Source: a virus (Duplodnaviria > Caudoviricetes). From it: DNA of 64,000 nt. The translations under genes and the position numbers were made by a program. Where the stretch lies: the IMG/VR virus record IMGVR_UViG_2636416120_000006, positions 18,598 through 82,597 of that record; one strand, given 5' to 3'. Each line of letters opens with the position of its first letter. Positions within the stretch are counted from its first letter, which is position 1. The notes beneath the pieces are model-generated. The model was not told where the DNA came from and did no database searches. It saw only the letters and a program-made list of their open reading frames with translations. Shown piece by piece: positions 9,624 through 18,600 of the stretch.

Positions 9624-12600
9624 CGCTTCAGCTCGATCAATGAGAGGATGATATTGCTCATATCGACTTTATCTCCCGCCGCATCCGAGCAGGCCTGCAG
9701 GGTATAGGTGTGAGCGCCGGCGGGAGCACCCGTGTCGATAATACTCATGGACTGAGTCAACCACTTATCCAGGTACTGGATGTATGTGAACACCTTTAGC
9801 AAACTGCCGTCTCTCAACAACCGGTAGTGACCCTGGTTGTCGCCAGCCGTTTTTCCCAAGAACGAGACGTTGAACATCGTCCTTCCAGCAGCGAACGCCG
9901 TTACAGAAATCGAACCGATGTTAGTCCATCTCCAAGTGCTCGGATCATTCTCATTGTATCCGGAAATACCCTCGTCTTTGGCTGGAATATCTACAACGTC
10001 GGCCGGCTGGGCCGCAGTTATGCTCGAGATCGCTCCGTCCTTGATTTTCAGAGTGTCCACCGACAGGTTCTTGATCCAGACGTCGGCGTCCATCTTGATG
10101 TCGCCACTCTCGATCGTGAACGGAGCTCGTCCGAGGGACCCGTCCCAAATCAGGAAGTTGTTGGCGCTGACAATGAACGAGGACTCCACCGTCCCGCCTG
10201 TATAGTCGCTGACGAGTTGGAATCCCGACATCACCCCATTGTTGTCGATCTTGACGACATACTGGCCGCTTACACCGTCGATGATCGTCTGCTGGGTCTG
10301 GATCTTGGTCTCCGCATCGCCGACCCGAACGTCCATGGTACTGATCTGGGTGGCCATGGCGCTGTCAGCAGTTGCTCGAGCGGTCGCCTCGTTCTGAATG
10401 GCAGCTGCGTTGTCGCCGACCTGAACCGCGATCGTGTCGATGGATTGAGCTAGAGCCTCATCCTCGGTGACCCGGATGTTCCGCTCTTCGATGATCGCCG
10501 CACGGGCGTTGCCGGTCTCCTTGTAGAGAGCGAACTGGGCATTCGCCAGCGCATTGGCCAGCCACTCGTTGCGCTCCTCACCGAAACCGATCTTGTCCAG
10601 CAAGCTCGGGATTGGTTCGAAGCCCTCGAGATAAGACCGAACGGTCATCTGGGGCGAGACCAAGAAGTCGTTCGGGTTGTAGGTGTCGAACGAGGCTACG
10701 CGGATGTACCAGAACTCCGGCCGATGATGTTCGTAGGCCGTGTTCGGTCCTTGGTAGACCAGTGTCTCGTCGCTGATCGTGAAGTTCTCTTCGGTGGACG
10801 CCCACACCTTCGTTCCGCCGAAGTCCCGGATCGACGGCCTGTCGTAGTTGATCCGAAACCCTTCGAACGTCTGCTCGACTTTCAGTTGGAAGGGGATGTG
10901 TGGCGGGGGATTCGACGCGGTGGTCTGAACTTCGATCGAGCGGTTCCCCCACGGATCACAGACGGTGACGCCGACGATGAACGAGCGCTTCTTCCCGTCC
11001 TCGTCCGACATCGAGCTTGTGTATTGCCACTCCCGAGAGGTCGTCGTGTGCGTGCTGATGACGATCTCGTTGTCGATGTCGCGGATCACCACCTCGAAGT
11101 GGTGGAACGCCGGATCGGGCTTCGGGACGTCCCAGGTGAAGAACGGCTCGGCGACGTCGAACTCGGTGTTGGTGACGCCGTTCAGAACCCGGACGTTGGT
11201 CACCGGGTCGACCTGGCGCGTGGTGTTGCCGAGCTTGAAGGTCGCGACCGCTGGCTCCGACGTGATGTTGGAGACGGTCCGGGCCCTGATGTAGAAGACA
11301 TAATCGCCGAGAGGAGCGTCGACCAGCTCGGCGATCGTGGTGGTCGTCTCGGTCAGCAACTGCCGCTCCGAGCCGTTGCGGGTATAGTCGACCAGGTACT
11401 TGGTGACGAACTTGCTCGGGCTTCTATCCCAGTCGACGGTCAAGACCATGTGACCACCGAGGTGGTCGTAGCGCTTCGAATAGGTTACGCGGGGGTTAAT
11501 CGGCGGGGAGACGACGCTCACCGGCAGATCGATGATGTCGACGTCTCCTCCAACGACTGGCGGGTTATCGGCAAGCGCCCACTTCGACCGGTTGACCTCC
11601 GTGGCGAAGATCTGGATCTGGTCCGGATTGCCGTCGAGCTCCTCACGCTTGATGACGCGATAGGCCTTGGGCAGGCCATCGTGGTCGCTCTCCAGCGTGA
11701 ATACGGCGTCCTCGACGTAGTCTGCCGTCGGCAGACCACCGGCGACACTGAGGGTCGTGGTTGACCCCGGTGGCGTTGTGATGGTCCGGGTCTCGACCCG
11801 GTCATGATACTGGACCCGGATAGCATAGGTGACCCCCGCTTCAAGGAAGACGGGGTCGCGCAGCCCGATGACGGTGCCGCTCGGGGAGAGCGTCTTAATA
11901 CGCCCACTGATGCCGTAGCCCATGTTGGGGTCGGCAATGAGGATGATCTCCCACGGGTTAACGAACAGGCCGCGGCGGTTGGTCGTGAACGTCACCATCT
12001 CCGTCTCAGTAAGAGACGTGAGCATCTTGTAATAGGCTCGTCCGATCGCCTCTTCCGTGTTGGTGCAGCCCACTGCGACGAAGTCGAGCGGCACCCTCCC
12101 GTTGAGATCAATGTCGGCTTGATCGAAGATTCGGCGCCGGTCTTGAGCCCAGTTGAGTTCCGGGTTCAGGTAGACGACGGTGAGATCATTGATGCGGGAA
12201 GTGACATCCGTGTAGCTGTATTGGAAATCCCCGTCGATCGACTCTTGCGTGAAGATGGCGACAGCCGCCTCTTCCTTATCAACGAGCAGGTGGACGACGT
12301 TGTTGTCATCCTCGACCACGGCGCCGTTGAACGATCCGGCGATATAGCGGGCGAATTCGCGCCCGTTCATCGGATCCTGGATGTAGGCGTTGAAGGTGTA
12401 TCGAGGCCTCTGGTTCGGCCCGATTCGACCGTCACACCACTGGGCCGCCTCGTAAAACACGTACTTGTCGACCGTGACTGGTTGGTAGGAGCTCCAACCC
12501 CAGCGGTCGTTGGTCAGGACGGCGTACAGAATCCAAGGACCGTTGTTGGTCCACGCCATCTTGAACGTGCCGTCCCAGATCCCCGAGTAGGTGCGGGCGA

Positions 12601-13414
12601 TCGGGTCATAATTGCTCGGCACCTGCACGATCAGGCCGTCGTACACACCAGAGAAGGTGGGCAGGCTGGAGAACTGGTCCGATGCTTCGGCAACGAAATG
12701 AACCAGGGCGGTGTCCGGATAGGTCCGGGGGATTGCGTCCACCTCCTGGAAGCTCTCCCAGACCATTTCTCTGACGCGCTCGGAGGTGCTCTCCGGATCG
12801 ACCTTGGTAACCCTGATCAGGTAGGGCTCGTTGATGCGCGGGACGGTGCGCCGGAACTCCTTCACATAGGCTTGGGTCGTCTTGCCGGTGATGTTGATTT
12901 CGGCGTCATCGTAGAAGTTTGCCCAGGTGGCAGCCGAGAGTGGCTTGAACTCAATCTTGAACTCGATATCCTGCTCGAAGACACCATCATCGTTCTGATG
13001 ATATAGCTGGTCGATACGCAGTCGAACTTCGATCGCATCAATTTGACCGGTCGAGGTCTCTCGCGTGACCGGTACATCCTTCATCAGGTTGACGTTGACC
13101 GTCGTAGGTTGCGACGAGCCACCGAGAACCAGCTTTACGGGCGGTGGAGCATGCTCGCCCGGCAGAATGTCTAGTGTGTACTTCTGAAAATTATAGTCGC
13201 CCGCCTCGGACTGGAGAGAGGTCTCGCCGATGCGGAAGTCCTTGTCACCTCTCGTCAGCCCTTTGATCGGCCCTTCGCACAGGCCGAGCAGGATCTCCAT
13301 CGTGTCCTTGGAACGGAGGTTGTCCGGTGTCCGCTTGGGAGAACTCCCCCCTCCTCCACCACCGAGGCCACCGCCGGCCCCCTTGAAATCCATGTGTCCC
13401 ATTAGAACGGCCAA
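9620..13414 (-). CDS. Tail tip attachment protein J (central tail fiber, Fn3 domains)
   Basis: LCEGPIKGL, VPSNYDP..RTYSGIWDGTFKMAWTNN lambda-J motifs; size and position. Confidence 0.92.
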   Translation of the reverse strand: MAVLMGHMDFKGAGGGLGGGGGGSSPKRTPDNLRSKDTMEILLGLCEGPIKGLTRGDKDFRIGETSLQSEAGDYNFQKYTLDILPGEHAPPPVKLVLGGSSQPTTVNVNLMKDVPVTRETSTGQIDAIEVRLRIDQLYHQNDDGVFEQDIEFKIEFKPLSAATWANFYDDAEINITGKTTQAYVKEFRRTVPRINEPYLIRVTKVDPESTSERVREMVWESFQEVDAIPRTYPDTALVHFVAEASDQFSSLPTFSGVYDGLIVQVPSNYDPIARTYSGIWDGTFKMAWTNNGPWILYAVLTNDRWGWSSYQPVTVDKYVFYEAAQWCDGRIGPNQRPRYTFNAYIQDPMNGREFARYIAGSFNGAVVEDDNNVVHLLVDKEEAAVAIFTQESIDGDFQYSYTDVTSRINDLTVVYLNPELNWAQDRRRIFDQADIDLNGRVPLDFVAVGCTNTEEAIGRAYYKMLTSLTETEMVTFTTNRRGLFVNPWEIILIADPNMGYGISGRIKTLSPSGTVIGLRDPVFLEAGVTYAIRVQYHDRVETRTITTPPGSTTTLSVAGGLPTADYVEDAVFTLESDHDGLPKAYRVIKREELDGNPDQIQIFATEVNRSKWALADNPPVVGGDVDIIDLPVSVVSPPINPRVTYSKRYDHLGGHMVLTVDWDRSPSKFVTKYLVDYTRNGSERQLLTETTTTIAELVDAPLGDYVFYIRARTVSNITSEPAVATFKLGNTTRQVDPVTNVRVLNGVTNTEFDVAEPFFTWDVPKPDPAFHHFEVVIRDIDNEIVISTHTTTSREWQYTSSMSDEDGKKRSFIVGVTVCDPWGNRSIEVQTTASNPPPHIPFQLKVEQTFEGFRINYDRPSIRDFGGTKVWASTEENFTISDETLVYQGPNTAYEHHRPEFWYIRVASFDTYNPNDFLVSPQMTVRSYLEGFEPIPSLLDKIGFGEERNEWLANALANAQFALYKETGNARAAIIEERNIRVTEDEALAQSIDTIAVQVGDNAAAIQNEATARATADSAMATQISTMDVRVGDAETKIQTQQTIIDGVSGQYVVKIDNNGVMSGFQLVSDYTGGTVESSFIVSANNFLIWDGSLGRAPFTIESGDIKMDADVWIKNLSVDTLKIKDGAISSITAAQPADVVDIPAKDEGISGYNENDPSTWRWTNIGSISVTAFAAGRTMFNVSFLGKTAGDNQGHYRLLRDGSLLKVFTYIQYLDKWLTQSMSIIDTGAPAGAHTYTLQACSDAAGDKVDMSNIILSLIELKR

Positions 13415-14073
13415 TCCGGTGGAAGGTCATCACCATCCTTGTCGCCGACGGCCACGTCGACGGCGTCGATGTCCATGCTCAAGATGTGACCGAAGGCCAG
13501 GTGGCGACCGAGGAGAAGCGGAATTCGCGTGCCGATCTTCGTCGTGTTCTGGGGCGAGCCAAGATACTTGGACGCCTCAGGATCTTTGGCGGAATTGACA
13601 TCGATGGTCGGTGCCGGACTGATGACTTCGAGCAGGCCGCCCAGGGCGAACGTCACGCCGGCCCAGAACAGCCCTGCCGACAGAGATCCAGCAGCCAGTA
13701 CGCCAGCGGGGCCAGCGACGACAAAGGCCGCGGCGATCAGCACGGCACCGATGATGATCTTGAAGAAGCCACCATTGCCGCCGCCTCCCACGAACGCGGG
13801 AACGATGTGGATCTCCTCCTGGTCCGTTTTCTCATAAAGGCTCCCGACCGTGTCGAACCCGACAACCGAGATGGTGTGCCTGTCCTGACCCGGCACCGGG
13901 CGGAACGCCTTGATCTGAGTGGTGAAGGCGTGGACGATCTCAGCGACCGTGTCCCCGACGATCTTAATCGGGCCGGGATGAAGATCCCTCAGGTACCCGT
14001 GGAGTATAACGGTCTTCGCATTCGACAATTGCGCGGCCCTGTACCTTGTAACAACGTGCGCCGTCGCGGCCAA
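13402..14073 (-). CDS. Tail assembly protein I (true start probably near 14030)
   Basis: VILHGYL, IHIVP..GGG hydrophobic stretch, GTRIPLLLG. Confidence 0.85.
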   Translation of the reverse strand: MAATAHVVTRYRAAQLSNAKTVILHGYLRDLHPGPIKIVGDTVAEIVHAFTTQIKAFRPVPGQDRHTISVVGFDTVGSLYEKTDQEEIHIVPAFVGGGGNGGFFKIIIGAVLIAAAFVVAGPAGVLAAGSLSAGLFWAGVTFALGGLLEVISPAPTIDVNSAKDPEASKYLGSPQNTTKIGTRIPLLLGRHLAFGHILSMDIDAVDVAVGDKDGDDLPPDWPF

Positions 14074-14326
14074 TCACCCAGTGTTCTATCATTGGGTAGT
14101 TCAGAAAAGCAATGTAATCTTCCGTAGACAACTGGGACGTCCCGAATGGATGCGTGTGCCACGTCCCGACTATATCATCCTCGTACCTGACGAGATCTTC
14201 ACCCCTCACCTGAAACGCATCATTCGGCTTGTCGGCGATATTCTCCACCTCGACGACCTTGTCGCCGTTGAGGATGAAACCGACCCTCTCCGGGCCGTCA
14301 GGACGATGCAGTTGCAGCAGCATCAC
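13964..14326 (-). CDS. JAB/MPN-domain tail protein (lambda K N-terminal half)
   Basis: ERVGFI...WHTHP...LSTED JAMM motif. Confidence 0.85.
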   Translation of the reverse strand: MMLLQLHRPDGPERVGFILNGDKVVEVENIADKPNDAFQVRGEDLVRYEDDIVGTWHTHPFGTSQLSTEDYIAFLNYPMIEHWVIGRDGARCYKVQGRAIVECEDRYTPRVPEGSSSRPD

Positions 14327-14777
14327 GAAACCTCTTCGGCATGAGCGACATCAGGTCGAGAGGCTTACCCTCCTCTCGAAGTTCGGGAACATCCTTATGG
14401 CGGATGATGCAGGACCGAGCGGTTCGCCAGATCCCCCGAGGAGGAACCACCTCACTCAGGCGGTGACGGTAGTGGTGCAGGATCTTGCCTTGATCGACGT
14501 AGACACCGGCGTGGCACGGAACTTCCGATCCGACACACACTAGGATCAAGTCGCCGATCCACATCTCATGAAGCTCGATATCGACGACAGAGAAGCCCTC
14601 AGCCCGAAAATTGTCTCGATAGAGGTCGAGGCCTTTGTTCCACCAGTAATCCGGACGAGCATAGTTGGTGAGCTTGATGCCGAAGCTATCATCGTAGTAG
14701 TGCTGGATGATGCCATAGCAGTCATCCGATCCCCCGATCCACTGCTTTCCGGTGAGGTGTAGATAATCAGGGATCAT
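14298..14777 (-). CDS. NlpC/P60 tail peptidase (lambda K C-terminal half)
   Basis: DCYG...HAGVY...ILHH catalytic motifs. Confidence 0.88.
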   Translation of the reverse strand: MIPDYLHLTGKQWIGGSDDCYGIIQHYYDDSFGIKLTNYARPDYWWNKGLDLYRDNFRAEGFSVVDIELHEMWIGDLILVCVGSEVPCHAGVYVDQGKILHHYRHRLSEVVPPRGIWRTARSCIIRHKDVPELREEGKPLDLMSLMPKRFRDAAATASS

Positions 14778-15247
14778 CGGATGCTCACGCTCGGGAAGTC
14801 CGGGGGAGCGAATATACGAGCGGGGACCACGAAGAATGGACCGTCCATTGTCAATCGCAGCTCCAACGAGGCGTATTGACGGTTCAAGGCGATGGTCCGA
14901 CTGACGTACCAGCTCTGAGAACTGGAGACGTTCCGGTTGTTGACCAAGTCGTCGTAGAGCACCCGCGTGCGGGTGACCTTCGCTCGATCGAGCGACCCCT
15001 GGCTGATGAAGGGGGAGAAGGCGCCATCGGGGTTGGCGAACTGCAGCTTGGGTCGAGAGTTGCCATCGTCGACGCTGTTGGACACGCCGTCCATCTTGAT
15101 GGCGGTCCCCTCATACACGTTCCCCTGCCAGGTCACCGTGTTGTCCGCCTTCAGATAGATCGTGCCACCTGAGGCCAGCTCGATCTTGAAGAGGTAGACG
15201 ATGCCGTCCGCGGTAAGTTTCTGAGCATCAACGCGATGGTCGGTCAT
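14774..15247 (-). CDS. Minor tail protein L-like
   Basis: VTWQGNVY...RPKL...AKVTRTR; synteny. Confidence 0.75.
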   Translation of the reverse strand: MTDHRVDAQKLTADGIVYLFKIELASGGTIYLKADNTVTWQGNVYEGTAIKMDGVSNSVDDGNSRPKLQFANPDGAFSPFISQGSLDRAKVTRTRVLYDDLVNNRNVSSSQSWYVSRTIALNRQYASLELRLTMDGPFFVVPARIFAPPDFPSVSIR

Positions 15248-15630
15248 GGATGCTCCAACAGTTGGACCTCGAGGTTCTCGATCGCGCCGTCTCCCCCTTC
15301 GATCCCATCGGGGATCTCCAACGGCTTTTGGAACCGAACAACGACGTTGCCGTAAACTGGGTGAGGGTAGATGAACTTCTCGTAGAGCCTATGCCGTGCG
15401 TAGAAGCCGTCGAGGGCCGCGGCATTCGTGGCTTCCCCTACTATCGAGGCATCCGCCTGCCCAGCACCGTTAACGTAGTATTTCACAAGCTGGAATGTGA
15501 GTATGAAGAGCCTCTGATCTGGAGCGGAGGGTTTTGAAACGAACGTGTAGGAGTTCCCGAACTGAACACGGAAACTAGACTCAGGATACTGAGTTCTAAA
15601 TTTGTGGCGGGGAAAGTTGAAAGTCTCCAT
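15244..15630 (-). CDS. Distal tail protein (lambda M-like)
   Basis: VQFGNSYT; directly after the tape measure gene. Confidence 0.7.
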   Translation of the reverse strand: METFNFPRHKFRTQYPESSFRVQFGNSYTFVSKPSAPDQRLFILTFQLVKYYVNGAGQADASIVGEATNAAALDGFYARHRLYEKFIYPHPVYGNVVVRFQKPLEIPDGIEGGDGAIENLEVQLLEHP

Positions 15631-15672
15631 CCAGTCTTTTTACCTCACGAGCGGATCGGATCGTAGGCTTTT

Positions 15673-18600
15673 TTAAATAGTCCCCATATTGATTTGCTTG
15701 ATCAGTTTCTTGGTCGACCCACCTTTGAGAATGTCATCATTGATCGTGGCGATGATGTCATTGGGACCGAGGGACGGCTTCTGGTCCGGCGCTACCACAT
15801 AGACGTTGACCTTGCCCCCGTTCTGGTTCGCGGGCTGGAACACCGGCGGGGCGGATTGAGAAATCCGGCTGTTGCCCATGGCGTTGATGGCCTTCAGATT
15901 GTCGGCGCCGATGGCCGAGACCGCCGAATTGCGAAGGATGAACTCACCATCTCGGGCCCACACGGGCACAGCGTCACGGGTCTTGATGTGCTTGCCCATG
16001 GCGGCCCGGATCATGCCGCCACCATTGAAGCCGAGCCAACTGCCAATGCTGGATAGGAAGCCTCCGAAACCGCCTCCACCACCGCCGGCGGGGTCAGTGT
16101 AGAAATCCATGGCCGATACCCCTTTACCCAAGTTGGTGATCCCATCGGCTCCACCACCCAACAAGCCCAGCAGCGATCCCAGAATCCCCGTGGCGGCCTT
16201 CTCGGAGGCGATTTTCAACAGGCTCTGGATGATCGAGGAGGCCATGTCGCGGAAGGCCGCGCCAACCGACTTGGTGTTCGCCGAGATGTCACTCAGAAAG
16301 GTCGAGAAGGACCCTCGCACGTTGTCCAAGGTGCCTGGAATTTCGTTCCCGATCTGGTCCGTGAGGCTGGTCAACATCCCGGCCTCTTCAGCCATCTGCT
16401 GAACTGCCGCTGACAGCTGCTGGCCGAGAGTCATGTTCGAACCAGTGCCCTGACCCACCGAGACGTTGTACTTCTCCTGAGCGTCGGCCAGCGTGTTGGT
16501 GCTTTCGGTCAGCTTGTCCTGGATATCCCGACGTTCTGACAGGATCTTGTTGTATTCGCTGAGAGCACTGTTCCTTTTGGCGTTGTCGAACTTCGGGTCA
16601 TCATAGACCTTCTTCAACTCAACGAGCCGATCGTCGTTGACCTTGTTGAAGTCCGTGAGAAGCTCCTGCAGTCGGTCGCGTCGAGCCTGCTCGGCCTGGA
16701 GAACCTTCGGCAGCTCGGCCGCCTCCTGCTGGCTCTTCAGCATCTCGAGCGCCTTCCGCTCAACAGAGCTGTAGCTCTTCATGAAGTCGTTGGCGCCGAG
16801 GGCAATGTCGAGGATCCGACTAGGGTTCTGGATGTCACGCGTCGACCGATCGTATTCCCGGTCGATCTCGGCCTGGCGGTCGTTCCACTGCTCCCAAGGC
16901 TTGAGCAATTTCTCGTTCGTGCGGTCTCGCCCCCCACCTCCGCCGTATTTTTTGGTTTTTGGATTGAGGAAGCTCTTCAGGTCGTCGTTGTTCTGAGCTG
17001 TGAGCATGGAGTTCATGAAGTCGAACGCCTTCTCCCCCTCGGGAGTCAGCATCTTGATGAAGCCTTTCTGCTCCACCATACCCGGCAGGGTCATCAGCGC
17101 GGCCAGGTACTCCCGGAGCAGCGCGTTCTTCTTCGCATCAAGAATCCCCTGGAAGGTCGAGGCCCACTTCTCGCGCTCGGCCTTGGACATGACCTGCGTT
17201 GGCAGACCAGAGGCGGCTTGGGTCATATCCTGGAAGACCTTCTGGCCGGCCTCGTTGACCCTGTCGTTGAAGGTCTGCAGTGCCTCGGTCGTCGTGGTCG
17301 TGTAGCCCTGAACCATGGAGTCCCGAGCTGCCATCAAACCCACCAGCTGGCTGTCGATCTGCTGCTTGATCGATGGGTCGGTCGCGCCATCGCGCAGCGT
17401 CTTCAGCGCCTCGACGAGCGGAAGCAGGAGATCGTTGACCGCCTTCGATGCCTGCTTGTTGAGCTCCAGGATCTCCTCCGGGCTGGTGGCGTCGCCGGCC
17501 TTGTCCTTCAGCTGCTCGGCGATCGCCGCGGCCGACTGCACCATGAAGTCGGTGGCCTGGCCGGACAGGAACACCGCGAGCTGCTTGGCCTGCTGATCGG
17601 ACAGAGGCCCAACATCCGTCGGAGCAAACTTGCCAAGGTCGAACCCAACGTTGGTCGGATCGTTGCCCAGCTCCTTGGCGACGAACTCCTTGGTCATGGT
17701 GCCTAGGGTGATCTGCAGGCTGTCGCGGTAGGCGCTGAGGGCCTCCTGGAACCCGCCAGTTCCGAGCGCCTTCTGCACTCCACCTTGGGACATCTTGACC
17801 ATGCCCTCGGCGGCCTTGAGAGCCTCGGGCAGGAAGGTCTTCCACTCCTCCAAGGAGGCGACGGCACTCTCCTCCATCGCCTTCGAAATGTTGGTCTCCA
17901 TCTCGACGAGAGCGCCGTTGGCAGCCCGGTTCACAGCCTCCTTGAACTCAGGCCCGAGCATGCCGGCCAGGCCGGAGACACCCTGCATGCCCAGGCTGAG
18001 AAGGTTGCCGTTCTGTTGCAGGTACCGGTTCTTATCGATCGAATCCATCGGTGCTGCCGACTGAACACCGCGGAACGCCGAGTTCAAACCAACAGCCGTC
18101 CGACCGAGCCAGAATGCTGGGTTGTAGGGGTTTTGCGACATCCGCTCGATGCGCTCATTGGCCTTCTGATCCTCCTGGGCCTTCTGCGTCTTGAGGTTCT
18201 CGGCAATCTTGTCGCTCTGTGCCTTCATGGACGCGAGAAGGTTTTCGAACGCACCCGTGAGATCCTCTACAGACATGCCGAGATCGTCGGCCATCTTCTG
18301 CAACCCTTCCGGGTTGTTGAGCATGTCGACCAGTGAGGAACGCGCCTGCAGCGTCGTGTTCCGCATGGCCTGCAGATCACCGCTGCCCAGGCCTTCCCGG
18401 AACCGTTGGGAGTCACGCAATGCCTGGACAACAGAGGCAGGCAACCCGATCCCGGCCAATCCCTCGATCTGACGAGTGATCACAGCGTCTCGCCCGCCGG
18501 TGCTGTAGAGGTACTGCTGCTCCTTATCGAGGCCCGTGAACGGATTGCTACCAAAGCCGAGAAATCCTCGAGGCGAGAAGCCTTGGCGCAGCCCCTGCAA